The notes: generated by a model not told the origin, from the sequence alone. Positions 20,198 through 30,658 are shown, numbered from the stretch's first letter. The stretch is DNA of 64,000 bases from an uncultured Acidobacteriota bacterium (GCA_963725105.1 CAVRXZ010000009.1:91363-155362), one strand, 5' to 3'. Numbers and translations are program-made.

Positions 20198-21034
20198 TCA
20201 GAACTTCTGTCGGTCCAGGAACCCCATGACGTGCTGGTTGAACTCGGCGGGCTTCTCCAACATCAGGAAATGTCCCGTGCCGGGCACGTTCAGAAACTGG
20301 AGGTCGGGGATGTCGGACTTGGTCACATCGAGGCTGGCCCCGCCGTAGGTCGCGGCAAAAATGGCCAGACCGGGAATCTTCAGGACGTGGTTTTCCCAGA
20401 CTGCTGGATCCGCCATGGAGGCCATCGCGCCCTTCGCGGTCGCTTCCGGCGCGCCCAGCATCATCTTCATGATGCGGCTCTGCAGCTCCGGCGTCGTCGC
20501 CGAGGAGAACATGCTTCGAATCATCGTCTCCCGGCCCTTCGGGCCGTTCTCACCTGTCACGCGGGGCAGGGTCTGATCGACGAAGGCGCGGGCATCGGCG
20601 CCTCTGAAGAGCGGTGCGTCGACGAGGATCAGCGCCGCGGTGTGCTCCGGGAACAACTGGGCGTACCGATAAATCACGGGACCACCCATGCTGTGGCCCA
20701 TGAGAATGACCCGATCGACGCCCGCCTCTGCCCGCACCGCCTCGACAGCCTTGGCGAACACGTCCATGGAGAACTTTCCGTCCTTCGGCTGGTCGCTCTG
20801 GCCGTGACCTGGCAGGTCGACAGTGATGACGCGGTACTTCTTCGAAAGGACCGGGACCTGTTCGCTCCACGACGTTTCGTCGCAGGTCCATCCGTGGATC
20901 AGAATCAGGGTCTTGCTCCCGCTGCCGGTGGAGGTTGAATGAATTCTGGCGCCATCGAGGGTGGCCGCACCCAGCCGCGAGGACGGCAGCGTCAGGGCGA
21001 CCAGCGAAAGCACGAGCAGGAATCGGATCTTCAT
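20198..21034 (-). CDS. Secreted alpha/beta hydrolase
   Basis: Signal peptide, LIHGW, DLPGHG, GHSMGG and GHFLMLEKP. Confidence 0.9.
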   Translation of the reverse strand: MKIRFLLVLSLVALTLPSSRLGAATLDGARIHSTSTGSGSKTLILIHGWTCDETSWSEQVPVLSKKYRVITVDLPGHGQSDQPKDGKFSMDVFAKAVEAVRAEAGVDRVILMGHSMGGPVIYRYAQLFPEHTAALILVDAPLFRGADARAFVDQTLPRVTGENGPKGRETMIRSMFSSATTPELQSRIMKMMLGAPEATAKGAMASMADPAVWENHVLKIPGLAIFAATYGGASLDVTKSDIPDLQFLNVPGTGHFLMLEKPAEFNQHVMGFLDRQKF

Positions 21035-21123
21035 CGGTATCAGCCTCCAGCGTTCCCGATCTACGGTGAAACTCAGCCGAGGCGTGTAGTCTAGCAGTAC
21101 AGCTGTTCAGCGAAACGTCGGCG

Positions 21124-22318
21124 CTAAGGGGTGGGATGGCTCTGGCGGCCATCCACGACGCGTTGCAGCCTGCCCCCGAGGACCATGGCACGGATGTCCT
21201 GGACTGTGCGCGGCCCCGGACGACCGAGTCGTCGTTCAAGCGCGTCGAGGGGTGACATCTCGCCCGCCAGAATCTGAACGGCCCACGAGCGATCAATCTG
21301 GGCCTGCGCTTGTCTGGTCACGTCCACCGCGTCACGTCCCGATTGCGCGGCGACAACGAGCAGCCGGCCTTGCTGCTCGCGTAGTTCAAGAACATGACCG
21401 CTCCGCGCCAGATCCCGACCCTGCGTATCGAAGCTGTGCACAAAGCACGCGTCGCCGGCCTGCGTCTCAGGCGTTGACGTTGCCTCGCGGTCGCCAAGGT
21501 CAAGGCGCGTAATCAGCGCGTCAATGGCCGGCAGGATCTGAATCCATTGCCCTTGCCGGTCCAGTCGGTCTTCGACCGGTCGCAGACAGGCCTGGAGTTC
21601 AGTCCAGATTTGTGCAAACGCGCCCGTGGCGGAGTCTCGCGGCGCGAATACGGGAAGCGGCATGCGGCGAATGGCCATCTGTTCCACGATGCTGGCGTAA
21701 GGGATGTTTCCGGAAAGAAAGACTTCGGGATGATCCACCGACCACTCGCACGATCTCCGGTGCATCGTCTTCCGGCGGTCGACCATGCTGAAGAACATGG
21801 CCAGCCGGGAGGGTGAGTGGGTCCGCTCGGCCCACCTGATCAGTCGTCGCGACCGTCCGCAGCGAAAGTACGGTCGGAATCGTCGGTACGAGGACGACGT
21901 CGGCCGAAGCGATGATGCCCTCGGTCAGCAGCGAGAAGCCGGCCGGACAGTCGAGGAAGACGACGTCAAAGTCGCGACCAAGCGTGTCAAGAAGGGACGG
22001 CAGGAGGCGCTCGGGCTTGCCGATGGACCCGAGAAACCTCTCGAACTTTCGGTAGGCGAAGTCGGCCGGCAGGAGATACAGGTTGTCGTAGTCGGTTTCT
22101 TTGATGGCGGCGCCGAGCGCCTGACCGTCCTCGAGGCTCTGCCTGCCAAACCCGGAGACGTGCGGTCGCACGCGGAAGGCAAAGCTGGAGGCCGCCTGCG
22201 GGTCGAGGTCCCAGAGCAGCGTCTTGAGTCCGGCCGTTGCTGCGAAATAGGAGAGATTGACGGCGGTCGTCGTCTTCCCGACTCCGCCCTTCATGTTGTA
22301 GACCGCGACGATCCTCAA
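21124..22318 (-). CDS. ParA/MinD family ATPase with C-terminal CYTH-like extension, frameshift near 21849
   Basis: KGGVGKTT deviant Walker A, DLDPQ and LDCPA. Removing one base gives VARLIRWAE..FFSMVDRRK. Tail contains SFDTQGRDLARSGHVLELRE. TTG start overlaps the CHAD stop. Confidence 0.85.
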
Positions 22319-23901
22319 AGTGCACGCTCCTGCAGCCACGCCTTCTTGAAGGCGCGCCGACACGCCGATCGCGTCTCCCGCGCGCTGAATTGCGCCAGCT
22401 TCTCGACCACGCGATCGCGCAATTGGTCGCGGCGCTGATGGCTTCGCTCAGCCAACCGCCCGAGCGCAAGCAGGACGCCTCCCGATCCCCCGGATGCAGC
22501 CAACGCACGACCGCATTCGAGCAGCTGCTTCTCTTGCACATGTGCGTCGTTGAAGTCGCCGAGAACCCGCTGAAGCTTTTTCAGGGCACCAAGGATGCGG
22601 GCAAGATCGGCGGCATTGCCGAAGCTCGGCATGACGTCAACCAGATACCGCAGCTTCTTGGCATCAATGCGGAGCGCATGGAGTCGTTCGGGGTCGGTGT
22701 GCACGTCGATGGTTTCAGCGCTGTCGGTAATCCGCCGGCTCAGCCGCCATGCGCGCCGGGCCACAGTTTCCGCCAGCGGGCGTCGTGCGTTTTGCGCTTC
22801 AGGCTCCATCGGGGCTGGCCGCTCGAGAAAAGTCCTCCAGTCCGCAAGCAGACGCTGGTAGCGATCAGTCTCCAGCGCGCTGACGAGCGCGGCATGCCCC
22901 TTTTGCTGCTCTTCGCCCAGGAACGCCATCAGCTGGTCGAGATCCGCATCGGACAACTCTCCACGCCGCTCCCGAAGCCCGAGAACGAGCACATCCAGAT
23001 CGCGCGGCCGGCCGGTGAGGTGACCGAGCCAAGAGAACTCGGCCGCGAAATGCTGCACAACATCAGGCGCGAAGACGTGGCGGATCTGACCGAGCAGCGA
23101 ACGCGTCCGCCTGACGGCCACCCGGAAGTCATGGAGGAATTCGGTGTCCAGGTTGGCACGGAGGCCCGGCTCATTCGCCTCGAGAATACTCAGCAGGGCC
23201 CGATGAATTGTCCGGGCGCCGACATCCGCCTTGACTGTCGGGGCGAGTTCCACGTGAGGTGAAGACATGTCGCCACGCACGGATGCACCCGCCCGGCGCA
23301 GCATCACGTCGAGGAGACCCTCGGGGCACGGCTCCACGCCCGGGCGGCTCTCAATCACGGGCACAAGTCGCTCGTACGCGTCCTTGTAGCCGCGCAGACC
23401 CGTGAGGGTCACCATGGTCGGCAGCGGCCGCCAGGCGCTACGGGCCGTGGGAAGCCGTGCCCGGCCCGCCGCGATCCGAAGTCGCGCCACCGTCTTGTCC
23501 CGATCGTCGAGAATCTCGAGCAGCGACCCGTACTCCTCGGCGTCCGTCTGTGCGAGCAGGCATCGCACACCGATGACAGGGGCCAGGGCTCGCTGGAGAG
23601 GACCCTCCGGAAGATCCCAGGCGAAGCTGACGGGCTCGGTCAGCCGAACTGCCAGTCGGCTTCCTCCGCCGCTCGCCTGCCACTCCACGGTCGAATGGCC
23701 GTTGACGCCCCCTCGGGTTAGGCTCGCTCCCGCGCGCCGAATGCGCCCATCGAACGTATCGAGCACGGTGAACCGATGCCTGGCGATTGGATGATGACGC
23801 GTGGGAAGGAGCGACTGCAGGCTTCTGGTGATCGCCTCCGCCGAAATCTCTTCCGGAACGACGTATGTCGATTCGCTGGCCGCCGAAGGACTCGTGCCCA
23901 T
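22315..23901 (-). CDS. CHAD-domain protein with degenerate N-terminal CYTH-like domain
   Basis: EFLHDFRVAVRRTRS, RDLDV, LHALRIDAKKLRY and LQRVLGDFNDAHV; N-terminal LDTFDGRIRRAG. Confidence 0.92.
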   Translation of the reverse strand: MGTSPSAASESTYVVPEEISAEAITRSLQSLLPTRHHPIARHRFTVLDTFDGRIRRAGASLTRGGVNGHSTVEWQASGGGSRLAVRLTEPVSFAWDLPEGPLQRALAPVIGVRCLLAQTDAEEYGSLLEILDDRDKTVARLRIAAGRARLPTARSAWRPLPTMVTLTGLRGYKDAYERLVPVIESRPGVEPCPEGLLDVMLRRAGASVRGDMSSPHVELAPTVKADVGARTIHRALLSILEANEPGLRANLDTEFLHDFRVAVRRTRSLLGQIRHVFAPDVVQHFAAEFSWLGHLTGRPRDLDVLVLGLRERRGELSDADLDQLMAFLGEEQQKGHAALVSALETDRYQRLLADWRTFLERPAPMEPEAQNARRPLAETVARRAWRLSRRITDSAETIDVHTDPERLHALRIDAKKLRYLVDVMPSFGNAADLARILGALKKLQRVLGDFNDAHVQEKQLLECGRALAASGGSGGVLLALGRLAERSHQRRDQLRDRVVEKLAQFSARETRSACRRAFKKAWLQERAL

Positions 23902-23912
23902 CTTTGCCCGCC

Positions 23913-24323
23913 TCAGGAGCGCAATTCGACGACAGCCTCGAGATGATGGATGAACTTCTTCAGCTCTTTCCGCAGGCGGGCCGAGGCGTCCGGGATGCGC
24001 ATCCAGCGCCGGCGCCGAAGCTTGTCTTCGCGCCAATGGTCGCGCGCGTTGGTGACACGCATCAGATACACGTCAACCCTGCGCGAGCCATCGCTCTTGA
24101 TGTGCAGATAGCGGCCAAGCGGCTTCCGTGGGACCACGCCCCGAAGGCCAGCCTCCTCCTCGGCTTCGCGGATCGCCGCGTCGCGGGGCCGCTCCCCCTC
24201 ATCGACCGATCCCTTCGGCACGATCCAGCCCTTGCCTCCGGATCGCGTCACCAGGGCGACTTCAACTTGCTCCTTGCGGATCCGATAGGCTATGACCGCG
24301 GCCTGCTGAAGTACACGCGGCAT
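23913..24323 (-). CDS. NUDIX hydrolase (DIPP/Ap6A-like subfamily)
   Basis: ALVTR..WIVPKG, Nudix box GERPRDAAIREAEEEAG and RRRRW. Confidence 0.88.
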   Translation of the reverse strand: MPRVLQQAAVIAYRIRKEQVEVALVTRSGGKGWIVPKGSVDEGERPRDAAIREAEEEAGLRGVVPRKPLGRYLHIKSDGSRRVDVYLMRVTNARDHWREDKLRRRRWMRIPDASARLRKELKKFIHHLEAVVELRS

Positions 24324-24451
24324 CCATCCTCCTGGGCTGTGGAGGAAACGTACCAAAGTCGGATCAGAAGTACAAGATGCCAGTTTGAAAAAGTTTACGA
24401 ACGCGTGCGTGTCGGAAAGGGCACGGGAGGAGAAACCGGCCTGGTGCCGAG

Positions 24452-25735
24452 CTATGGGTTCAGTTTCTTGACGAGAATCTTCGAGTGACGCCCGCTCTGT
24501 TCATACTTCTCGCGGCGCGTCGCTGGGAGATCGTCAGGGACGCCTTCCGCGAAACCGCCCTTGGATTGAAAGTACGTGAACGCCTGCGTCGACAAGGCCA
24601 GCAGCTCCTCGAGGTTCAGTTCCCGCGCCTTGTTTTCGACGAACTGAATCAGCTTGCGCCCGATGCCCTGATTCTCGTGTGACGGGCTGACATAGAGACA
24701 GGCCAGCTCGCCCTTGCGCTGCTCGGGATAGACATGCAGGGCGATGCAGGCGACCGGCTGTTTGTCGATTTCGAAAATGGAATAGTCGCCCAGGCTTTTC
24801 TCGATCGTGACCCTCGTGCGCTTGAGCAGCTCGTCCGCTTCCACCGCCTGCTCGGTCAGCAGCTGAATAGCCCGGACGTCCTTCTTTTTTGCCGGCCGGA
24901 TGTGCTGGTACTCGTTTGCATAGATCAACGTCCCGGTGCCCTCGTTCGAAAACACCTCAGCGAGCAGCCCCTCCTCAACCGTACCGTTGATCACGTGGAT
25001 GCGGGGAACGCCGGCTTTGCACGCGGCAGCGGAGTATTGCGCCTTCGACAGCATCTCGTGCGCGAAACCCGCGCCGTTCTGCTGCAGCAGCGACTCCAGC
25101 TCCGGCGCGAGCATTCGCCGAATCAGCTGGCCGCGGTGAATCAACCCGTCCTGCGCCGTGATGAAAATCAACTTGATCGCCTTCAGCGCGTCGGCGACAG
25201 CCACCGCAACGCCGTCGGAGTTCACGCGATAGGTTCTGCCGTCCCCGTCGAAACCGAGCGGCGGGATGACCGGTACGACGCCATGCGAGAGCAGCAGCTG
25301 GAGCAGCTCTTCATCGACCCGCTCGACTTTGCCCGTGTAGAGCTGATCCACTCCCTGAATGATGCCCATGGGATGCGCAATGATGGCGTTCGCCGCTGCC
25401 GCACGAAGGTCGTTGGCCGACAGACCCTCGAGGATTTCGTGAGTCAACCGGTTCGCGGCGGTGAGCGCCAGCGAGAGTGTGGCCGCATCGGTGACCCCAG
25501 CGCCATCGAAACTCGTCGCGGCGATTCCGTTCTGCTCCGCAAGCGCTCTGATCTGCGCCGACGCACCGTGAACGATGGCCACCCGGATGTTCAACGACCA
25601 GAGCAGCGCCACGTCGAGGAGGAGCGTCGCGAAGTTCTCGTCCGTGACGATGGCGCCGTCAATCGCCAGGACGAAGGTCTTCTCACGGAATTGCGGGATG
25701 TACTGCAGGATCCCGCGCAGGTCGGTCAGCTTCAC
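24452..25735 (-). CDS. argA: Amino-acid N-acetyltransferase (AAK + GNAT)
   Basis: YIPQFREKTFVLAIDG, VHGA, LLAEVFSNEGTGT, GELACLYV, QGIG and RHSKIL. Confidence 0.92.
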   Translation of the reverse strand: MKLTDLRGILQYIPQFREKTFVLAIDGAIVTDENFATLLLDVALLWSLNIRVAIVHGASAQIRALAEQNGIAATSFDGAGVTDAATLSLALTAANRLTHEILEGLSANDLRAAAANAIIAHPMGIIQGVDQLYTGKVERVDEELLQLLLSHGVVPVIPPLGFDGDGRTYRVNSDGVAVAVADALKAIKLIFITAQDGLIHRGQLIRRMLAPELESLLQQNGAGFAHEMLSKAQYSAAACKAGVPRIHVINGTVEEGLLAEVFSNEGTGTLIYANEYQHIRPAKKKDVRAIQLLTEQAVEADELLKRTRVTIEKSLGDYSIFEIDKQPVACIALHVYPEQRKGELACLYVSPSHENQGIGRKLIQFVENKARELNLEELLALSTQAFTYFQSKGGFAEGVPDDLPATRREKYEQSGRHSKILVKKLNP

Positions 25736-25824
25736 GGCTTTACGATGCCAGCTTCATGTCACGACACTGTAACGCAGCGCCGTGGAGGCGCGAGGACATT
25801 TCGCGCGAAGCAGGTGACCTCGCC

Positions 25825-27027
25825 TTACGATCGCTGGATCGCCGTGTAGAGCGCGTCTCTGAGCGCAATGTCCCGCGGGTCTCCGGTGATATGGGTTCCC
25901 ATCTGGCTCGTCACGTAGCCATACCCGATGCCCATCGTCGGATCAGCAAAGCCAAGCGAGCCGCCGGCTCCGGGTGCGCCGAACGAACCGATGTGGCCAA
26001 ATGGCCATGCCGGACTGGATTTCATGAACCCCAGCGAAAACTGGACGTCGGCCTGCATGCACTCATCATGGAAGCCGTATTTCGGCGGAATCGCAGGGGC
26101 TTCGAGCGCACGGATTGTCTCCGGGCGCAATCCCAGCTCCCCTCCTCCAGTCGCAAACACGCCGTAGGCCTGCGCGATTCCGCGCGCCGTGCCGACGCCA
26201 CCGCCCGACGGCACCTCGAAATTGCGCGCGTAGATACGCTGCTGGTCGTGCGGCAGCGCCGTACCGGGGTTGGCAATGAGCGATCGGTAGATGATGGATC
26301 GACGATTCATCGAGTCCAGCGTCAGCCGAATCGGAAGGCCAAAGAGCCTGTCAATCAGCCCAGGAGGCGCCAGTGTGGCCAGCCTGGAGTTCGGGATCGA
26401 TTCCGGAAGGCGAATGTACAGATCCAGTCCGAGGGGTGACGCGATTTCGTCCTGAAAGATCTGCCCCAGACTACGATGCCGCGGATCCACCCGCCGCAGC
26501 AGCTCGCTTTCGTAGAAGCCGAGACTGATGGCGTGATACGCCTGCCTCGTCCCCGGCTCCCACGCCGGCTTCTGGCGGGCCATGACGACAGCGAGGCGAT
26601 CGAGATCGGCCACGACGTTCCGGTCGACAGGTTCATCGAAGCCGAAGAGTGCCGCCTGATGAGCCAGAAGCTGCCGGACCGTGATCTTCTCCTTCCCCTG
26701 TTGTGCAAACTCCTTCCAGTACGTGCACACGCGCTCGTCATAGTCGAGCCAGCCTCGGGAATGGGCGACGGCGAGCGTCATCGCAGCCAGGCCCTTGGTG
26801 GCCGAGTAGACCAGCACCATCGTGTCCCGCTCCCACGGCTCGCCCGTCTGCTTGTTTCGGATGCCGCCCCACAGGTCGACGACTTTCTTGCCCCGGTAGT
26901 AGACCGAGCAGGCGCCGCCCAACTCGTGTCGTCGGGCGAAGTTGTCCGCAAACGCTTCGCGCACGGCCTCGAAGCCGCTGCTGACGTGTCCTTCAACCGC
27001 GACCGGGCCTGATGCGAACATCGCCAT
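25825..27027 (-). CDS. Serine hydrolase (beta-lactamase/EstB family)
   Basis: SATK (SxxK), LLAHQA, WEPGTRQAYH and GAGGSLGFADP. Confidence 0.9.
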   Translation of the reverse strand: MAMFASGPVAVEGHVSSGFEAVREAFADNFARRHELGGACSVYYRGKKVVDLWGGIRNKQTGEPWERDTMVLVYSATKGLAAMTLAVAHSRGWLDYDERVCTYWKEFAQQGKEKITVRQLLAHQAALFGFDEPVDRNVVADLDRLAVVMARQKPAWEPGTRQAYHAISLGFYESELLRRVDPRHRSLGQIFQDEIASPLGLDLYIRLPESIPNSRLATLAPPGLIDRLFGLPIRLTLDSMNRRSIIYRSLIANPGTALPHDQQRIYARNFEVPSGGGVGTARGIAQAYGVFATGGGELGLRPETIRALEAPAIPPKYGFHDECMQADVQFSLGFMKSSPAWPFGHIGSFGAPGAGGSLGFADPTMGIGYGYVTSQMGTHITGDPRDIALRDALYTAIQRS

Positions 27028-27195
27028 GCCTTCCCTTCCGGGCGTCGAGCGATCGACAGCCATTCTGCGGAAAGGCAAACGACATGCCCTGCCGAGCCGG
27101 CTGGCGCGAGCTGTTATCGGATCCGAAAACGACCGGGGCGCCGAATGTTCGGTGAGCTGTCGGAACTTCGGCGCTTCGGCGTCACCGTTCCATGT

Positions 27196-27862
27196 TCATG
27201 TTCCGAGTTCTGCAATGTCCCTGTTCTCCAATACTCGGCTCGGAGCTCCCTCGCGAACAACCCGAAGCATCGCCCGCCCAATTTCCTCCGTCGTCGTCAC
27301 GTAACTCGGGAAGATTCGGCGAAGAGCGGGATAGAGCCAGCCAGTCGCCGCGTACGCGGCGCGGTAAAGAGGCACGCGCGAAGTTTCGCCGTGCATCGGC
27401 TGTACGAACGCGGGCCGAAACATGTACGCGCCTTTGAACGATAGCGCGAGGATCGCGTTCTCCGTCTCGCCCTTCACGCGGGCCCACATGATGCGGCCCC
27501 GCGCGGTACTGTCGGTCCCGGTGCCGGAGACGTAGACGAAGATCATTCGCGGATTGCTACGCGACGAGTGTACGCGCGGCGGCGAGCGCGAACTCATAGG
27601 TGACTCGCCGGTAGTCGGCCTCCTTCATCCCGGCCGACGACACGCCGAGGCAGAAGAAACACGCGTCGAAGCCGGTGAGCTGCGTCTCTACGGAGGAAAA
27701 GTCGGTGAAGTCCCGATGCACCAGTTCCGTCAGCTTCGCGTGGCGGTTGCCGGTGGGCGTGCGTCCGACGGCAAGAACCCGTTCCACATCGGGCGCGAGC
27801 AGCGCCTCGCGCAGCACGCCCTGGCCGAGCATGCCCGTCGCACCGAACAGGATGATATCCAC
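27196..27862 (-). CDS. NAD(P)-binding epimerase/oxidoreductase, frameshift near 27560
   Basis: FGATGMLG and CFFCLGVSS, then FVYVSG.G and WARVKGETEN in a second frame. Confidence 0.8.
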
Positions 27863-27955
27863 AGACTCGGGAGTCTACCCGCCAGAGAGGCAACGATGCG
27901 AGCCGTGCGCCGCGAACGGGTAACTCACCGGCTTTCGCCGTTGTCGGTGACGCGC

Positions 27956-29137
27956 TTATGCGGCTAAAGGCATCACCGGCGCCAGCCGCCCTGCACGTCG
28001 ACTGACGTGCACGCGTTGAAGGGAGTGCAACAGCGCAGCGATGGCGAGGATCAAAATCGCCTGGGCCAGGGTATTCGCCCAGAAGCCGTCCCGGAGTGGC
28101 AGGTGCGCGAGCGCGAGGAGGCCATAGACGTGCAACACGAATGCGCCAAGCGATTGCTGTCCGAGCGTGACAAACACGACGTGGAGAGGGCGCAGGAGCG
28201 TCCAGAGCCACGCCAGAACAGCGAATCCGAGCGGCAAGGCGACGGCGAGATTCAAGAGCCGTCCGATGCCGAGATCCGTCAGCATGAAGTACTGCGCGTA
28301 CAGGTCCGAGAAACGCTCGGCCGAGACGATGTTCCACGGCAGCCACGACGGCCCGTCCAGCCACGGATTACACAACGCGAATGCAACGAACGCCGCACAC
28401 GCACCGGCGGCCGTGACAGGCACGAACGTGGGGCAGCGCGCTACGAGCATGCCGACCTGTTCGCGGTAATAGCCGATGACAATGCCGTGGACGAACAGGA
28501 GCTGCCAGACCAGTATCGGAAACACCGACTCGAACTCGGCGGAGGTCAGCTGGTAGGGCGTGATGCGGTACCAGAAATACGCAACCCAGCTGACTGCCAG
28601 GAGCGGGCGCCAGCCAACGAAGCGAAGCGCGATCATGCAGGGAATCGCAGCCGCCACGAGCCACACATACAGGGCCACAATCTCGAACGGCCAGGGACCG
28701 TGCCGCATGAGCGCGATGTCGAGCCAGGCGGCCGCGTTCATCATGCGCGGGTCGAGGAACCACGCGACGGGCGTGCGGTCTGCTGAAGTCGTGATGGACC
28801 GGACGTCGATGCCCGCCCACGACATCAGCAGTACGGACAGCGTCACCACAATGAAGGCGAGATAGAGCGTGAGCGCGCGACGGCCCAGTCCTCGGACCAC
28901 GGTGAGCCATCCGTCCTGTCGAAGCCGGCGTCCGTACACCATCCCCAGCACCACACCCGACAGGACAACGAAGACTTCGGCGGCGGTGACGACCCAAAAG
29001 CGCTCGTAGGAAAACCAGCTCAGCAGCGAGGCCAGCTTCGAGTGATTGACGACCACGCAGGTCATCGCGAGACCGCGCAGCCAGTCGATCCGCAGGTCGC
29101 GGCTCCCTTTCTGGTGAGATTCCCAACCGCTCAGCAC
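27956..29137 (-). CDS. opgC: OpgC-domain membrane protein
   Basis: RDLRIDWLRGLA..NH, AAEVFVVLSG, WQLLFVHG and LGQQSL..F.LH. Confidence 0.85.
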   Translation of the reverse strand: MLSGWESHQKGSRDLRIDWLRGLAMTCVVVNHSKLASLLSWFSYERFWVVTAAEVFVVLSGVVLGMVYGRRLRQDGWLTVVRGLGRRALTLYLAFIVVTLSVLLMSWAGIDVRSITTSADRTPVAWFLDPRMMNAAAWLDIALMRHGPWPFEIVALYVWLVAAAIPCMIALRFVGWRPLLAVSWVAYFWYRITPYQLTSAEFESVFPILVWQLLFVHGIVIGYYREQVGMLVARCPTFVPVTAAGACAAFVAFALCNPWLDGPSWLPWNIVSAERFSDLYAQYFMLTDLGIGRLLNLAVALPLGFAVLAWLWTLLRPLHVVFVTLGQQSLGAFVLHVYGLLALAHLPLRDGFWANTLAQAILILAIAALLHSLQRVHVSRRAGRLAPVMPLAA

Positions 29138-29148
29138 GCCCCAACCGG

Positions 29149-29164
29149 AGCAAGGGCGATGCCG
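29149..29164 (-). promoter_or_regulatory. Sigma54 -24/-12 promoter for opgC
   Basis: Minus strand CGGCAT-CGCCC-TTGCT. Predicted +1 falls almost on the GTG at 29137. Confidence 0.55.
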
Positions 29165-29316
29165 GCTTCTTCAATGAGATGCGGGCACGGCCGCATGAAA
29201 TCAGAACGAGCGCGCTTCACGATCGCGCAGTGTTTACGCGGTGTTCCTCGGCCGATGCGGACGCGCTGATGCGCTCACATGGAGAGAGGGCCGACACAAA
29301 TGTCGGGAGGGCACGC

Positions 29317-30558
29317 TCAGCGCAGCTTCTTGCCGACCGCCTCGACCTGCTGGAAGACGCGCAGGAAGTTGCCGCCCCAGATCCTGGCAATCTGCTCTTC
29401 CGTGTACCCGCGGCGCACCAGTTCGCGTGTCACGTTGGGCGCCTGGCTCTCGTCGTCGAAGCCGTCGATGCCGGCGCCGTGATTGAAATCTGAACCGATG
29501 CCGACGTGATCGACGCCGATGCGTTTGACGATGTAGTCAATGTGATTGACGTAGTCGCCAACCGTGGCCCTGGGCACGAGTTTCCGCGCCGCGGTCAGGT
29601 ACTCGATCGAGGCACTTGCGGGAATCGACGCTGCGCCGTCTTCGATCCCGGCGTTTCCCGCCTTGCTCGTCTCCGGCAGCCCGAACTTGCGCCGGACCGC
29701 GTTCAGCTGCGCGCCAAAATCCGGCGGCAAGGGTTTCAGGTAGGCATTGAAGGCCGTCACGTCCACGACGCCACCGTTGGCCTTGATCGCGTCGAGCTCC
29801 CGATCGCTCAAGCTGCGAGGATTGTCGACCAGCGCCCGAACCGCCGAGTGGCTGGCCACAACCGGCGCCTTCGAGAGCTCGAGCGTCTGGAGCAGGCCCG
29901 CCGGCGTCAACTGCGAGACGTCGATAATCACGCCGAGCCGATTGAGTCTGGTGACCACCGCCTTGCCGAGCTCTGAAAGACCGTGGTGTTGTTCTGCCGG
30001 TTCGCTGGTGGGTCGGGACGAATCCGCAAAGTCGTTGTTGCCCGCGTGAGTAAGACCAAAGAGGCGTACACCGTCTCGATAGAACGTGTCGATCGCAGAT
30101 AGGTCCTTCCCAATCGACCTGGCATTGAGAAAGCTTTCGATGATCGCCACCTTCCCGCTCTTGTGTATGCGCACGACGTCGTCGGCGCTCAATGCCAGCG
30201 CCACCTGATCGGAATGATCCTTGACGAACGCACGTATCGCCGCGAGCTTGTCGTCGGCTTCCTTTCGCGCTTCCGCGACGCCTTCCGGCGAGCGGGGACC
30301 TGGTCCGACCGCGATTGCGAACGCGACCGCGCCGATGCCGCCGCGTTTGAGCTTGTCGACGTCGGATCGCGAGGAACCACCGGACAGAAAGTACTGAGCC
30401 GGCGTGGACGGCAGCAGCACGTCGACGTGGCTGTCGATCGCGAGAATGCGCTGGTGGATCGCGCGAGCGCGAGCGTCAAGATCATCCTGGGCGAGAAGGC
30501 CGGTGGTCAACGCGGCGGCGGCCAACACGACCAGCAGCAGGTGGTGCGATACTTTCAT
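29317..30558 (-). CDS. Secreted membrane-dipeptidase (peptidase M19) family protein
   Basis: Signal peptide, DSHVD, GLTH, VASHS and HVGIGSDF..GG NFLRV. Confidence 0.9.
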   Translation of the reverse strand: MKVSHHLLLVVLAAAALTTGLLAQDDLDARARAIHQRILAIDSHVDVLLPSTPAQYFLSGGSSRSDVDKLKRGGIGAVAFAIAVGPGPRSPEGVAEARKEADDKLAAIRAFVKDHSDQVALALSADDVVRIHKSGKVAIIESFLNARSIGKDLSAIDTFYRDGVRLFGLTHAGNNDFADSSRPTSEPAEQHHGLSELGKAVVTRLNRLGVIIDVSQLTPAGLLQTLELSKAPVVASHSAVRALVDNPRSLSDRELDAIKANGGVVDVTAFNAYLKPLPPDFGAQLNAVRRKFGLPETSKAGNAGIEDGAASIPASASIEYLTAARKLVPRATVGDYVNHIDYIVKRIGVDHVGIGSDFNHGAGIDGFDDESQAPNVTRELVRRGYTEEQIARIWGGNFLRVFQQVEAVGKKLR

Positions 30559-30658
30559 GGGACCGCTCCGTTTGATTGTCGGTCGCCGTGCCTTACGTGT
30601 CGAGGTCGGCGGAATTATACCTGTCCCGCCATGAGCAGCCGTAGCCTGCGGCGGTTCT

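Noticed and set aside
21840-21855. Programmed frameshift in parA
   Set aside because: No slippery sequence, and indels occur throughout the window.
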